A stretch of 64,000 bases of DNA, from positions 751-64,750 of the forward strand of contig JASHOJ010000078.1 of the NCBI GenBank assembly GCA_030041155.1, given 5' to 3'. This DNA comes from Candidatus Binataceae bacterium (GTDB lineage Bacteria; Desulfobacterota; Binatia; Binatales; Binataceae). Below, piece after piece: positions 1-9,556 of this stretch; within the stretch, counting starts at the first letter, position 1, and the number at the start of each line of letters is the position of its first letter. The notes beneath the pieces are model-generated. The model had not been told where the DNA came from. It saw only the letters and a list, made by a program, of their open reading frames with translations, and searched no databases. Both the position numbers and the translations under genes were made by a program.

Positions 1-1010
1 GTGATATCGAAACGCTCCGGACTTGCGAATATCGCGGGATCGCGATTGGCCGCCGCCAGAATCACGAACATCCCGGTCTTCGCCGCAAGCGGCTTTCCGC
101 CGACCTCGCAGTCGCGCGTCGCGGTGCGAAAAGTGGATTGCACCGGACCGTCATACCGCAGCATTTCCTCGATCGCGCCGCCGAGCAGCGACGGAGTTTT
201 GCGCAGCAGTTCGAGCTGATCGCGATGCCGCATCAGGGCGAGCATGCCGTTGCCGATGAGATTAGTGGTGGTCTCGTTGCCCGCGAGTAGCAGCAGCACC
301 ACGAACTGGAGCAGTTCGCCGGCGCTCAGCGCCTCGGCGGTGTCGTGCGCGGCTACCAGGGCGCTCACCAGGTCGGGGCCGGGCGTCTTGCGCCGCAGCT
401 CGATTTGGACCGCGAAATAATCCGACAGCTCCTTGAACGCGGTCTTGATATCGTCCGGTATCGGCATGCCGGGCAGAGTATTGTCGGATTCGACCACCTT
501 GTCCGACCAATGCTTGAAACGCGGATACATCTCGGGCGGCACGCCAAGCATCTCCGCGATCACCATCACCGGCAGCGGATTGGCAAGATCCGCCATTACG
601 TCAAACGAACCCTTTGCGGAGGCGCGGTCGAGCAACTCCTTCGCAATCTGGCGGATTCGCGGCTCCAACTCGCGTATCCGGCGCGGCGTGAAATCGCGCG
701 AAACCAGCCGCCGAAGCCGCGTGTGCACGGGCGGATCGGATTGAAGCACGGTGGGCGCGTCGGCCAGGATATCGTTCTGGTCGCCGAGCGCGTTCTCCGT
801 GGGCAGCACGCTTGAAAACGTCGCGGCATCGAGCAGCACCGACTTCACATCTGCATAGCGGGCGACCAGTGCGACCGGCGCCAGCAAATCGATCGTGCGC
901 GGCGCACCGTTATATAGAGGCAGATAGTGCGGGTATGGATTCGCGCGAAACGCTTCGTCCCACGGATTGAAGTAAAAGTCCTGCGCGGGGGCTGCCTGGA
1001 TCTCGCTCAT
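1..1010 (-). CDS. Cytochrome P450 (3' end runs off the window; not in ORF track)
   Basis: Manual translation from ATG at 1010 (RBS AAGGAG): MSEIQAAPAQDFYFNPWDEAFRANPYPHY...DPPVHTRLRRLVSRDFTPRR...LLLAGNETTT (I-helix)...EEMLRYDGPVQ (ExxR)...AANRDP. Paralog of 41674-42870. Confidence 0.95.
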   Translation of the reverse strand, partial: MSEIQAAPAQDFYFNPWDEAFRANPYPHYLPLYNGAPRTIDLLAPVALVARYADVKSVLLDAATFSSVLPTENALGDQNDILADAPTVLQSDPPVHTRLRRLVSRDFTPRRIRELEPRIRQIAKELLDRASAKGSFDVMADLANPLPVMVIAEMLGVPPEMYPRFKHWSDKVVESDNTLPGMPIPDDIKTAFKELSDYFAVQIELRRKTPGPDLVSALVAAHDTAEALSAGELLQFVVLLLLAGNETTTNLIGNGMLALMRHRDQLELLRKTPSLLGGAIEEMLRYDGPVQSTFRTATRDCEVGGKPLAAKTGMFVILAAANRDPAIFASPERFDI

Positions 1011-1036
1011 CGCAATACTCCTTTCGGTTCACCGGC

Positions 1037-1654
1037 TCACAATTCCATCGCCCGCAACATCACCACAGCGATCGACTTGAGCATCCGGATAGCGTTGGTA
1101 AAAACCGGCGGATCGTCGTCTTCCGTGTAAAGAATCCGCTCCATCGCCAGCGCTTCAAGCTGCCCGAAAATCAACCATACAAGCTGTTCCAGTTCGACCG
1201 CTCGATTCGACGGACAATCCAGCAGATTCGCAATTCCGGTCAGCACGCCCTCGGTCAGACGGTCGCTCGCCGCGCGAACCGCGCTCTTAAGCGCCGGGTC
1301 AGTGCGGCTGGCCACGACCAATTCCAGCCACGCGTAAAAGGTCGGACCCTTGCAAATCGGCCATAGCAAATCGATGAAAGCGATCAGCCGCGCTTCGCGA
1401 TCGCCGGGCGGCCGCTCGGCGGTAAGCGCGTGTAGCTCCTCGATCCGCCGGTTGAAGACATAGTTGAGCGCGCTTATGACCAGCTCATCCTTGTGCGGAA
1501 AGTGATGCAGTTGCGCTCCGCGCGAGACTCCCGCGCGGGTCGCGATTTCGGTGGTGGTGGTTCCGACGTAGCCGCGCTCGTAGAGGCAGTCGACCGTCGC
1601 ATCCATCAGACGGCGGCGGGTTTCCGCGCTGCGTTCATCCTGCAATGAGGACAT
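1037..1654 (-). CDS. TetR/AcrR family transcriptional regulator
   Basis: N-terminal HTH: TRRRLMDATVDCLYERGYVGTTTTEIATRAGVSRGAQLHHFPHKDEL; ATG at 1654 preferred over TTG at 1669. Confidence 0.93.
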   Translation of the reverse strand: MSSLQDERSAETRRRLMDATVDCLYERGYVGTTTTEIATRAGVSRGAQLHHFPHKDELVISALNYVFNRRIEELHALTAERPPGDREARLIAFIDLLWPICKGPTFYAWLELVVASRTDPALKSAVRAASDRLTEGVLTGIANLLDCPSNRAVELEQLVWLIFGQLEALAMERILYTEDDDPPVFTNAIRMLKSIAVVMLRAMEL

Positions 1655-1701
1655 ACTCGGAATCTCCAAAGTCGGAACCTAGCAGGCAATCATCACTGAT
1701 G

Positions 1702-1717
1702 CAAGCAGTCTTGCTTG
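1702..1717. promoter_or_regulatory. Candidate TetR operator upstream of tetR-P450
   Basis: Perfect inverted repeat CAAGCA-GTCT-TGCTTG about 50 bp upstream of the TetR start in an AT-richer spacer; function inferred. Confidence 0.5.
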
Positions 1718-1758
1718 TTTGTTGTTTTAAGTCGCGTTTTGACCGTCTCGACTCCGCG

Positions 1759-2565
1759 TCACAGATTCCGGCCGCCTGCCGCGTCGACGAAGCCTCGGAC
1801 GCCGATGCCGCCCTCGCAGATGATCACGCCGCCGGTCGCGGTCGAGGAATTCTCCGCCGAGGCGAGTAGTACGTACGGACCCGTGTAGTCACCGGGTTCA
1901 GGCAGTTTGCCGAGCGGCAGTCCGCGCTCGACCGCTTCCTTGAGCGGGATTTGCGCGATCGATCGCTGTGCCATCGAAAGCGATGACGGTCCTCGCAAAT
2001 CAGTCGGGATAGCGCCGGGCGCAACTCCATTGACGCGGATCTTCGGCGCAAGCTCATACGCGAGCTGGCGAATCAGTCCCACGACCGCGTGTTTGGACGC
2101 CGTGTATAGCGGCCCGCCACCGCATGGATAGAAGCCCGCATTCGAGACAGTGAAGACGATCGAGCCGCGAGTTTTAGCAAGTTCACGATAGGCCGCTTTG
2201 GCCCCGAGCAGATAGCCTTTGACGTTGATGCCGAACAGCTCGTCGAATGCGGCGCCGATTCGATCTTCGGGCAAGTCAACCAGCGCCATGTTGAAATCCC
2301 AGATCCCGGCATTACCGACGAAGCAATCGAGTTTTCCGTAACGCTTTACTGTTTCGTCGACCGCACGGCGATTGTCGGCAGGGATAGTTACGTCGCCGAC
2401 GATTGTCGCGATTCCCAACTTCGATGCGAGCTGTTCGCTGCGCTCGCGCGATCGGTCCAGGATCGCGACTTTCGCGCCTTCCTGGAGAAATCGCTCCACG
2501 ATCGCCCGTCCCAAGCCGGACGCTCCTCCGGTAACCAGCGCGACTTTGTTTTCCAGCCAGCCCAT
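1759..2565 (-). CDS. cis-dihydrodiol dehydrogenase (BphB/HcaB-like SDR)
   Basis: MGWLENKVALVTGGASGLG, GNAGIWD, YTASKHAVVGL, LAYELAPKIRVNGVAPG; directly follows the dioxygenase beta subunit. Confidence 0.9.
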   Translation of the reverse strand: MGWLENKVALVTGGASGLGRAIVERFLQEGAKVAILDRSRERSEQLASKLGIATIVGDVTIPADNRRAVDETVKRYGKLDCFVGNAGIWDFNMALVDLPEDRIGAAFDELFGINVKGYLLGAKAAYRELAKTRGSIVFTVSNAGFYPCGGGPLYTASKHAVVGLIRQLAYELAPKIRVNGVAPGAIPTDLRGPSSLSMAQRSIAQIPLKEAVERGLPLGKLPEPGDYTGPYVLLASAENSSTATGGVIICEGGIGVRGFVDAAGGRNL

Positions 2566-2567
2566 AT

Positions 2568-3113
2568 TCAGAAGAAATTGCTCAGGTTGCGTGACAGCAG
2601 CACGGTTTGTTCGAGAAAGATCTTGCGATCGGCGATCTGAAACGATTCTCCCGCACGGCGCAGCACGTCGCGGCGCGATCCGATCCACGAAGTTTCTTCG
2701 GAATGGAGCCGCGTGCGATAAAGATGGAAGTTGCACTCCACTTCGAGCGTGCGGCCGTCATCTCTAATGACCCGAACATTCGTAATCAGGTGCCGCGTGC
2801 GAGACGGCGGATCCTCGGCCCACGCGCGGCCGGTCTTGAGTTTGGCGACCCGCGCCGCGAGCTGCTCTCTCGTGTCATCGAAGAATGCCATCTCTCCCGG
2901 CCGAGTAAATTCCTTGTCCAGTTCCCGTTGAGTACGGGTACGCCGTATCGGCATGAAGTAGTGCGCGTCGTCCGCAAACAGCGCAAGCCACTCCTCATAG
3001 CGATGGGCGTCGAGGAGCGCGGCCTCGTCGTAATAGAAGCGTTCGACTTCGCGATCGCGCAGCATCGCCGCGATGCGGCTATCGCTCGATCTCGCTTCGT
3101 TATCGTTCGGCAT
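2568..3113 (-). CDS. Aromatic ring-hydroxylating dioxygenase beta subunit
   Basis: FYYDEAALLD..RYEEWL, WAEDPPSRTRHLITNV, C-terminal LLSRNLSNFF. Confidence 0.93.
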   Translation of the reverse strand: MPNDNEARSSDSRIAAMLRDREVERFYYDEAALLDAHRYEEWLALFADDAHYFMPIRRTRTQRELDKEFTRPGEMAFFDDTREQLAARVAKLKTGRAWAEDPPSRTRHLITNVRVIRDDGRTLEVECNFHLYRTRLHSEETSWIGSRRDVLRRAGESFQIADRKIFLEQTVLLSRNLSNFF

Positions 3114-3127
3114 CGGAGTGCGCTCGC

Positions 3128-4492
3128 TCACATGCAATCACCAGGTGTAGTCGCGTTCTTGAGTTCATCCCAAGGTAAACCTTTCATCCATTGCGCCCAC
3201 GAATGATAGGTCCACAACTGAGCGTACTCGCTGGTAAGCCCTTCGATTCGCGATAGACCACCCTCCTTCTTGATCCTGCCCCGGCCCAGGCCCATGCCGA
3301 GCAGATGCTTCATCCGCCGGCTCGCGACACCACGGGTTTGAGCCGTGGCTTGCGCCCAATTTTCGCCGTCGTCCTGCTCAAGCAGTCCCGCGGCACCGAA
3401 GATCCGATTCGCGAACGAGATCAAAATGTCGCGCGACTCGCGCGGCATGTTGCGATCGACCAATGTAAACCACCAGATCTCGGTGCGGCCTGGTTCGCGC
3501 GGGATGCGGAGCGAGATCTGCTGCCCGGTAGTCACCCAGGTGGTCGGAAAGAGATTTGGATGCCCCGCCACGTTGATCCCGACCGGACCGAGCGCGGCCT
3601 TGGCTTGCGGCGTATCGCGCCACTCCGGGAATAGCTCAAAGTAACCGGATGAAGAGGTTGAGGGGCCGCCAATCGCATGTCCATATTCGCCGAGCACCAC
3701 GACCGTTTCAAATTTCGAGCCTATTATACCCCCCGCGGCAAGCTCCAGGTTGGCTCCGCTCTGCATGTTAACGTCGGACATATCGATTTTTCCGCCGTCC
3801 CGGCGCTCTCCCACCCTTGGCAGAACGTTGGACTCGAATGCGGACGCGTGGGTTATCTGCGGATGGTACCAGTCGAACAGGTTGTCGACCGCGATTTTCC
3901 AGTTGCACTCGATCACGAATTTCTGGATGCCCGGTACGACCTCCATGTCCCCGCGCATCGCGATCAAATCGAGCCCGAGCCGTCCGGTTGCGCCCAGATA
4001 TTCCTCCAACGGCGGCGCGGAAGCGTCGTGGGTGCCGAAGATGAACCCCTTGTAGTTGGCAACTTGAGCCACCTGCGCCAGCCCATGTCGTGATTTGTCG
4101 AGCTGTCCATTGTAGAAGGTGCCGTGTCCCGGAACGCCGTTCAGCCGGCCGTCAATTCCATACGACCAGCCGTGATAGGTGCATAGAAAACTCCTCGCGT
4201 TGCCTTCTTCCGCGCGGCAGACGGCGTTGCCGCGATGCGCGCAGGTGTTGAGCATCGCTTTTATCGAGCGATCCTTCTGCCGAACGACGAGGATGTTGTC
4301 GCGGCCCATCACCGATTGGAAAAAGTCGCCAGGCTCGGGAATCTGCGACTCGTGACAGAGGAACAGCCAGGCGCGCGCGAAGATTCGCTCCATTTCGAGT
4401 TCAAAGATCGCCGGGTCGCTGTAAATGCGCCGGTCTATTTCACCTCGTTCGAGCGAAACCAGCTTGTCTATCTCGCCGTTTGCCAAAGCCAT
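3128..4492 (-). CDS. Rieske aromatic ring-hydroxylating dioxygenase alpha subunit
   Basis: Rieske motif CAHRG...CTYHGW; mononuclear Fe ligands NWK..VDNLFDWYHPQITH and EQDDGENW. Confidence 0.95.
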   Translation of the reverse strand: MALANGEIDKLVSLERGEIDRRIYSDPAIFELEMERIFARAWLFLCHESQIPEPGDFFQSVMGRDNILVVRQKDRSIKAMLNTCAHRGNAVCRAEEGNARSFLCTYHGWSYGIDGRLNGVPGHGTFYNGQLDKSRHGLAQVAQVANYKGFIFGTHDASAPPLEEYLGATGRLGLDLIAMRGDMEVVPGIQKFVIECNWKIAVDNLFDWYHPQITHASAFESNVLPRVGERRDGGKIDMSDVNMQSGANLELAAGGIIGSKFETVVVLGEYGHAIGGPSTSSSGYFELFPEWRDTPQAKAALGPVGINVAGHPNLFPTTWVTTGQQISLRIPREPGRTEIWWFTLVDRNMPRESRDILISFANRIFGAAGLLEQDDGENWAQATAQTRGVASRRMKHLLGMGLGRGRIKKEGGLSRIEGLTSEYAQLWTYHSWAQWMKGLPWDELKNATTPGDCM

Positions 4493-4549
4493 GTCGGTTT
4501 CTCCCTGAAAAGAGTTCTATCGCGACCGGCAAGCTTTTTGGAATGACTT

Positions 4550-5350
4550 TTACTTGCCCTTGAAGACCGGGCGGCGCTTCTCGATGAAGGCGCGCACGCC
4601 TTCGCGATAATCCTCGCTGTCAAAGCATCGCGCGACCAGTTCACGCACCGAGTCCGAGTCCCGATCCGCGTGATCCTTGAGCGCCTCGCCGATTGCGCGC
4701 TTGGCCGCCTGCATCGTCAGCGGAGCATTACCCGCCATCCGAGTCGCGTAATCGCGGACATTCGCCTCAAGCTCCGCGCCCTCGACCACTCGATTCACCA
4801 GCCCCATCTGGAGCGCCTCGTCGGCCTCGAACAACCGCGCCGATATCAGGATTTCGCGCGCGTTGGCGTGCCCGACCGTATTCATCAGCATCGTCACGCC
4901 GTCGAGCGGATACGCGAGGCCAAGCCGCGCCGCCGGGATGCCCATGCGGGTGCCGCGCGCCGCAATTCTGACGTCGCATGAGAGCGCGACCTGCACCCCG
5001 CCGCCAATACATACGCCCGAAATCATCGCGACGATCGGCTTCGTGCAGTTAAGCATCGCGCTGATTGCGTTGCCCGGCGCGTCGCGATAGGAGCGCGCCT
5101 GCGCGGCGTCGGCGCGCAGGCTCGGGAACTCGCTGATATCGGCGCCGGAGATGAACGCCTCCGGCGTTGCGCCGCGCATCACCAGCACCCGCACGGAATC
5201 GTCGGCCTCAAGCTCGGCGACCGCTTCCGCGATTCTCTGCCAGCTTCTAAGATTGAGCGCGTTGCGCACCTGCGGCCGATTTAGCACGATCCATCCAAGC
5301 GGCGCTTCGTGCCGGACAATCAATGGGTCTGAGGAATCGCTTTTAGTCAT
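4550..5350 (-). CDS. Enoyl-CoA hydratase/isomerase (crotonase) family
   Basis: LNRPQVRNAL, AFISGADISEF, CIGGG, EDYREGVRAFIEKRRPVFKGK. Confidence 0.93.
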   Translation of the reverse strand: MTKSDSSDPLIVRHEAPLGWIVLNRPQVRNALNLRSWQRIAEAVAELEADDSVRVLVMRGATPEAFISGADISEFPSLRADAAQARSYRDAPGNAISAMLNCTKPIVAMISGVCIGGGVQVALSCDVRIAARGTRMGIPAARLGLAYPLDGVTMLMNTVGHANAREILISARLFEADEALQMGLVNRVVEGAELEANVRDYATRMAGNAPLTMQAAKRAIGEALKDHADRDSDSVRELVARCFDSEDYREGVRAFIEKRRPVFKGK

Positions 5351-5398
5351 GATGCTTTCTACCTGGAGCGTTGATTTGCGCTGGAGCTTTGAATTGCG

Positions 5399-5824
5399 AT
5401 GGTGATTATCGATCGGGCTCTAAGCGGGGATTTTGAGCACATTTGCGAGCTGGACGAAATGGTCCGTAGCGAGCCGTCGCGGCGCGGATTTATCGGCCGC
5501 GCGCTCGCTGAGCGGCGATGCGCGGTCGCGCGGGTCGACGGCGCGATACGCGGATACGTCATCGTCGGCGAATTTTTCAGCCACGCGTTTATCGAGCTGT
5601 TGCTGGTGCATCCCGATTTCCGGCGCCGCGGTATCGGCGCTTCGCTCATCCGGTCCGCCGAGATCGACGCGCCGACCGGGAAGCTCTTCACCTCGACCAA
5701 CGAATCGAACCTGCCGATGCAGCGGCTGTGCGAGCGCGCGGGATTCGTCCGCAGCGGCATGGTCGAGAATCTGGACGAAGGCGACCCCGAGATTTTCTAC
5801 TTCAAGCGCCTTGCGCCCGCGTAA
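5399..5824 (+). CDS. GNAT family N-acetyltransferase
   Basis: Motif A LLLVHPDFRRRGIGASL; STNESNLPMQRL..RAGF. Confidence 0.88.
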   Translation: MVIIDRALSGDFEHICELDEMVRSEPSRRGFIGRALAERRCAVARVDGAIRGYVIVGEFFSHAFIELLLVHPDFRRRGIGASLIRSAEIDAPTGKLFTSTNESNLPMQRLCERAGFVRSGMVENLDEGDPEIFYFKRLAPA

Positions 5825-5884
5825 TCGTCCCGCGCCGAATTTCCTCCAACCCGAAAAACAGCTCCGCTCGATGTCGGAAATTGG

Positions 5885-5917
5885 CGAGATCTCGTCAGCG
5901 GAATTGACGAGATCTCG
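5885..5917. repeat. 13-bp perfect inverted repeat built from two CGAGATCTCG palindromes
   Basis: CGAGATCTCGTCA-GCGGAAT-TGACGAGATCTCG read directly. Confidence 0.8.
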
Positions 5918-6020
5918 TTATCGCCCGCCCATCCGCCCAACCGTCATCCAAACGCGATTCGCGGGATGCGAACGTTTCGCGGAAAGCGAAGGCGGAAGAT
6001 TCCACACCGAGCAAGCTTGA

Positions 6021-6041
6021 TATTTAGTTTAGTACTAAATA
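6021..6041. promoter_or_regulatory. Candidate MarR operator overlapping the promoter of marR-emrA-emrB
   Basis: TATTTAGT-TTAGT-ACTAAATA perfect 8-bp inverted repeat overlapping TTGATA (-35-like, 6017-6022); RBS AGGAGG before 6076. Confidence 0.7.
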
Positions 6042-6075
6042 ATCAATGGCATGACTATCGCAACAGGAGGCTAGC

Positions 6076-6567
6076 ATGAAGTCGCCCGTTTCCTCGGAAC
6101 CATCTCTTTTAGCGCAGACAATCGGGCCTGAAGATCGACCATACATGGATGCCGCGCGGGCGCTGATCAGGCTGGGGTTCCTCTTTTCCAGTTATCCCGA
6201 GAGCGTCTTTCGGGCATTCGATCTTAATCTCGCGCAGATTGACGTGCTGGTCGCTCTGGCTAACGCGCCGGAGGCGACGCTCCGATGTTCTGAAATTGCC
6301 CAGAAGACCCTGATCACCAAGGGCGGCATCACTGGGGTTCTGGACCGGCTTGAGGCCCGTGGGTTGGTCAGACGAACGCCCGCCCGCGACGACCGGCGCA
6401 GTGTGCTGGTTCGATTGACCGCGAAAGGAATCGAATTCTTTCGGAAGTTCTATCCGAAACTGGTGGCCGGCAAGCGGACGTTGTTCGAAAAAGCCTTTCG
6501 ACCCGAGCAGATGAAGGAGTTCGGCACATTTCTGGAACTCCTAACCCGCACTGTGGAGGCCGAATAG
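6076..6567 (+). CDS. MarR family transcriptional regulator
   Basis: wHTH: SEIAQKTLITKGGITGVLDRLEARGLVRR...DDRRSVLVRLTAKG. Confidence 0.93.
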   Translation: MKSPVSSEPSLLAQTIGPEDRPYMDAARALIRLGFLFSSYPESVFRAFDLNLAQIDVLVALANAPEATLRCSEIAQKTLITKGGITGVLDRLEARGLVRRTPARDDRRSVLVRLTAKGIEFFRKFYPKLVAGKRTLFEKAFRPEQMKEFGTFLELLTRTVEAE

Positions 6568-6599
6568 CGGGCGCGAATCCATGCAATTGGAGTTCAGCG

Positions 6600-7883
6600 A
6601 TGGATACGGACCGATTTGATCAGGCAACCGGCAACATAGTGGCTCAAGAACAGCGGTCCTCGGATCACGATAGCGCGGTCCGACCGAAGTCCTCGCCGCC
6701 AAAGGAACCATGGAATGTTTCCGAGAAGATAAGAGAGCTCCTGTCGGAACTGGAAAGGCTGCGTGCTCAGCAATCTGCGTTGCAGCGTGCTCCGCAGCCG
6801 AACGCGCCGAAAATCGACGACGACGATGCTCCCTATGAACAAACCGACAGCTTACATCGCGGCGACGCGACCGTTCGTAGCCGAGTCAGCCGCCGCGCGC
6901 GCAGCCTGACAATCGCGCTCTTCGCCGCTGCTTTACTGTGCGTCGCGGGACTTCGGCTTTGGAATTACATGCAATCGTACGAGTGGACCGACGACGCCGA
7001 AATCGACGGCCATCTCGATCCGATCAGCACCCGAATCAACGGCACGGTTGTTGGCGTGAAGGTCGAGAATACTTACCACGTCAAGCGGGGCCAGACGCTG
7101 GTCTATCTCGATCCCCGCGACTACCAGGTTGCGATCGAGAACGCGGCGGCCGATCTCGCTGAAGCGCAGCAGGGAGTGAAAGCCGCGCAGCAAAATTACG
7201 CTCTCAGCGTAGCCAATCTCGCCGCGGCTGTCGCGACGAATGCCAAGGCTCAGCTCGACGTGGCGCGCTATCGAGAACTGTTCAATCAGCAGGTCATCGC
7301 GCGCGAGAGGTATGACGAAATAATCAAGGTCGGCAAGGTCGATGCCGCGGCGGTCAATTCGAATCGCGCCGCCGTAGTCGCCGCCGCTCGGATGACCGGC
7401 CAGGCCGAAGCTGCTGTTGAGGCTGCACAGGCTTCGCTGGATCAGGCCAAACTCAACCTGAGCTATACGCATATCCTCGCGCCGGCCGACGGAGTTGTAG
7501 GGGATAAAACCGTTCAGGTCGGCCAGCGGGTTCAACCGGGCGAGCAACTGCTTACCGTTGTTCCGCTCAACGACATCTGGATCACCGCGGATTTTCGTGA
7601 AACGCAGCTTCGCCGGATGCATCGCGGCCAGCCCGTCACGGTTCATGTCGACACGACCGGACGCGACTATAAGGGCTACGTCGAAGGATTGCCGGGCGCG
7701 ACTGGCGAACTTTACAGCCTGCTCCCTCCCGAAAACGCCACCGGCAACTACGTGAAAGTCGTACAGCGATTGCCGGTGAGAATTCGTCTCTACTCCGGAG
7801 AGGATCCCGACCATCGCTTACGTCCAGGAATGTCTGTGGAATCCACAGTATGGCTGGACGGCGGACCTCGCAGCCTGTGGTGA
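6600..7883 (+). CDS. emrA: EmrA/HlyD family membrane fusion protein
   Basis: TDDAEIDG, LSLLPPENATGNYVKVVQRLPVRI-type signature, LRPGMSV; single TM helix after a long N-terminal extension. Confidence 0.9.
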   Translation: MDTDRFDQATGNIVAQEQRSSDHDSAVRPKSSPPKEPWNVSEKIRELLSELERLRAQQSALQRAPQPNAPKIDDDDAPYEQTDSLHRGDATVRSRVSRRARSLTIALFAAALLCVAGLRLWNYMQSYEWTDDAEIDGHLDPISTRINGTVVGVKVENTYHVKRGQTLVYLDPRDYQVAIENAAADLAEAQQGVKAAQQNYALSVANLAAAVATNAKAQLDVARYRELFNQQVIARERYDEIIKVGKVDAAAVNSNRAAVVAAARMTGQAEAAVEAAQASLDQAKLNLSYTHILAPADGVVGDKTVQVGQRVQPGEQLLTVVPLNDIWITADFRETQLRRMHRGQPVTVHVDTTGRDYKGYVEGLPGATGELYSLLPPENATGNYVKVVQRLPVRIRLYSGEDPDHRLRPGMSVESTVWLDGGPRSLW

Positions 7884-7894
7884 GGTGATGAGCA

Positions 7895-9508
7895 ATGGGC
7901 GCCGCGGCTAAGATAGGAACTCAACGGCAATTTGCGGCAAAGCCCTCCGGGCGGATCAATCCCTGGATAATCGCGGCGGTCGTCTCGTTGGCGGCGTTCA
8001 TGGAAGTGCTCGACACGAGCATCGCCAACGTGGCTTTGCCCTATATGGCGGGCGGACTGGCGGCCAGCGTCGATGACGCCAGTTGGGTCCTGACTTCCTA
8101 TCTTGTCGCGAACGCGATCGTACTTCCTATCAGCGGATGGCTGTCAGTGCGCTTCGGGCGCAAGCGCTACTACATGGCGTCGGTAGCGGTGTTCACCGCC
8201 AGTTCATTTCTATGCGGAATAGCGCCATCGCTCGGCATGCTCATCATGTTTCGGATCCTGCAAGGCGCCGCTGGCGGCGGATTGCAGCCCGTGTCGCAGG
8301 CGATCCTCAAGGATACCTTTCCCGCCGAAGAATTGGGCACCGCCTTTGCCGTGTATGGAATGGTCGTAGTCCTGGCGCCCGCCATCGGGCCGACGGTTGG
8401 CGGCTGGATTACGGATCATTACCAGTGGCGATGGATCTTCTACATGAACGTGCCGATCGGGATCATCTCGCTGATGCTCGTCTCGCGCCTTATCGAAGAT
8501 CCGGCTTATCTTCGCGAACAGATGAGAAAGGTGCGCGGCTTTCTGCGCTTCGATTACATCGGAATTGGCGTGCTCGCGCTTTGTCTGGGTTCTTTACAGG
8601 TCATGCTTGACAAGGGCCAGGAAGACAACTGGTTTTACTCGCCGCTGATTTCGACATTGGGCGTGATCTTTCCGATAGCGCTCGTGTTGTTTCTGGTATG
8701 GGAATTGACGCGCCGGAAACCCATGATGGATTTGCGGATGTTCAAGAATCCCAACTTTGCGGCGGCGGCGGCCATGATGTTCGTCTACGGTATCGAAGTA
8801 TACGCCATCACGGTCTTTACCCCGCAGTTCGTCCAGGCGTTTATGGGATACGACGCGGAGCTGGCCGGTCTTACGCAGGCGCCTGGAGCCGCGCTGCTCA
8901 TCGTGCTGATGCCGATGGTCGGAAAGCTGGTGAAGAAGGTCGAGGCGCGCTGGCTTATCGGGTTGGGTTTTGTGTTTAGCGCTCTGGCCCTGTTTCAAAT
9001 CAGCACGAATCTCGATCTCCAGATCAGCTTCTGGACCGCCGCAAATTACCGCGTGTACCAATCTCTAGGTCTTGCGCTGCTGTTCATTCCAATCAACACG
9101 GTGTCGTACGTAGGTGTACCGGAAGAAAAAGGCGGCGACGTTTCCGGCACGATTAATCTGCTGCGCAATATCGGCGGCAGCGTGGGCATTTCACTGGTCG
9201 AAACGATGCTCGCGCGCCGCGCGCAGTTCCATCAGGATGAGCTGATAACTCACGTTACCCGCGCCCAGCAATCATTTCGCACTCTGAGCGGCGGCTTAAG
9301 CGCGCAACTGCTTCATCGCGGCCTAAGCCAGCCTCACGCTATGAGTCAGAGCTACTTACGCATCTATGACTCGGTGATCACTCAGGCGACGGTGCAGTCG
9401 TACATGGACGTGGCGTGGCTAATCGCGGTGATCTGCCTGGCGATGGTGCCGATCATTTTTCTGCTCAAGAAGAACAATCCAAATGCGGCGCACGTGAGCG
9501 TGGAGTAA
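7895..9508 (+). CDS. emrB: EmrB/QacA (DHA2) MFS efflux transporter
   Basis: FMEVLDTSIANVALP, WVLTSYLVANAI, WRWIFYMNVPIG, LDKGQEDNWF. Confidence 0.93.
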   Translation: MGAAAKIGTQRQFAAKPSGRINPWIIAAVVSLAAFMEVLDTSIANVALPYMAGGLAASVDDASWVLTSYLVANAIVLPISGWLSVRFGRKRYYMASVAVFTASSFLCGIAPSLGMLIMFRILQGAAGGGLQPVSQAILKDTFPAEELGTAFAVYGMVVVLAPAIGPTVGGWITDHYQWRWIFYMNVPIGIISLMLVSRLIEDPAYLREQMRKVRGFLRFDYIGIGVLALCLGSLQVMLDKGQEDNWFYSPLISTLGVIFPIALVLFLVWELTRRKPMMDLRMFKNPNFAAAAAMMFVYGIEVYAITVFTPQFVQAFMGYDAELAGLTQAPGAALLIVLMPMVGKLVKKVEARWLIGLGFVFSALALFQISTNLDLQISFWTAANYRVYQSLGLALLFIPINTVSYVGVPEEKGGDVSGTINLLRNIGGSVGISLVETMLARRAQFHQDELITHVTRAQQSFRTLSGGLSAQLLHRGLSQPHAMSQSYLRIYDSVITQATVQSYMDVAWLIAVICLAMVPIIFLLKKNNPNAAHVSVE

Positions 9509-9556
9509 AAGCAAAACGCGTGAAGGCTCAGAGAGCGAAATGGCCCGGCCGCCGCG

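Noticed and set aside
345-815. Long antisense and alternate-frame ORFs (also 13626-14807, 29912-31054, 55257-56300, 56726-57724)
   Set aside because: Shadows of well-supported genes, expected in high-GC DNA.
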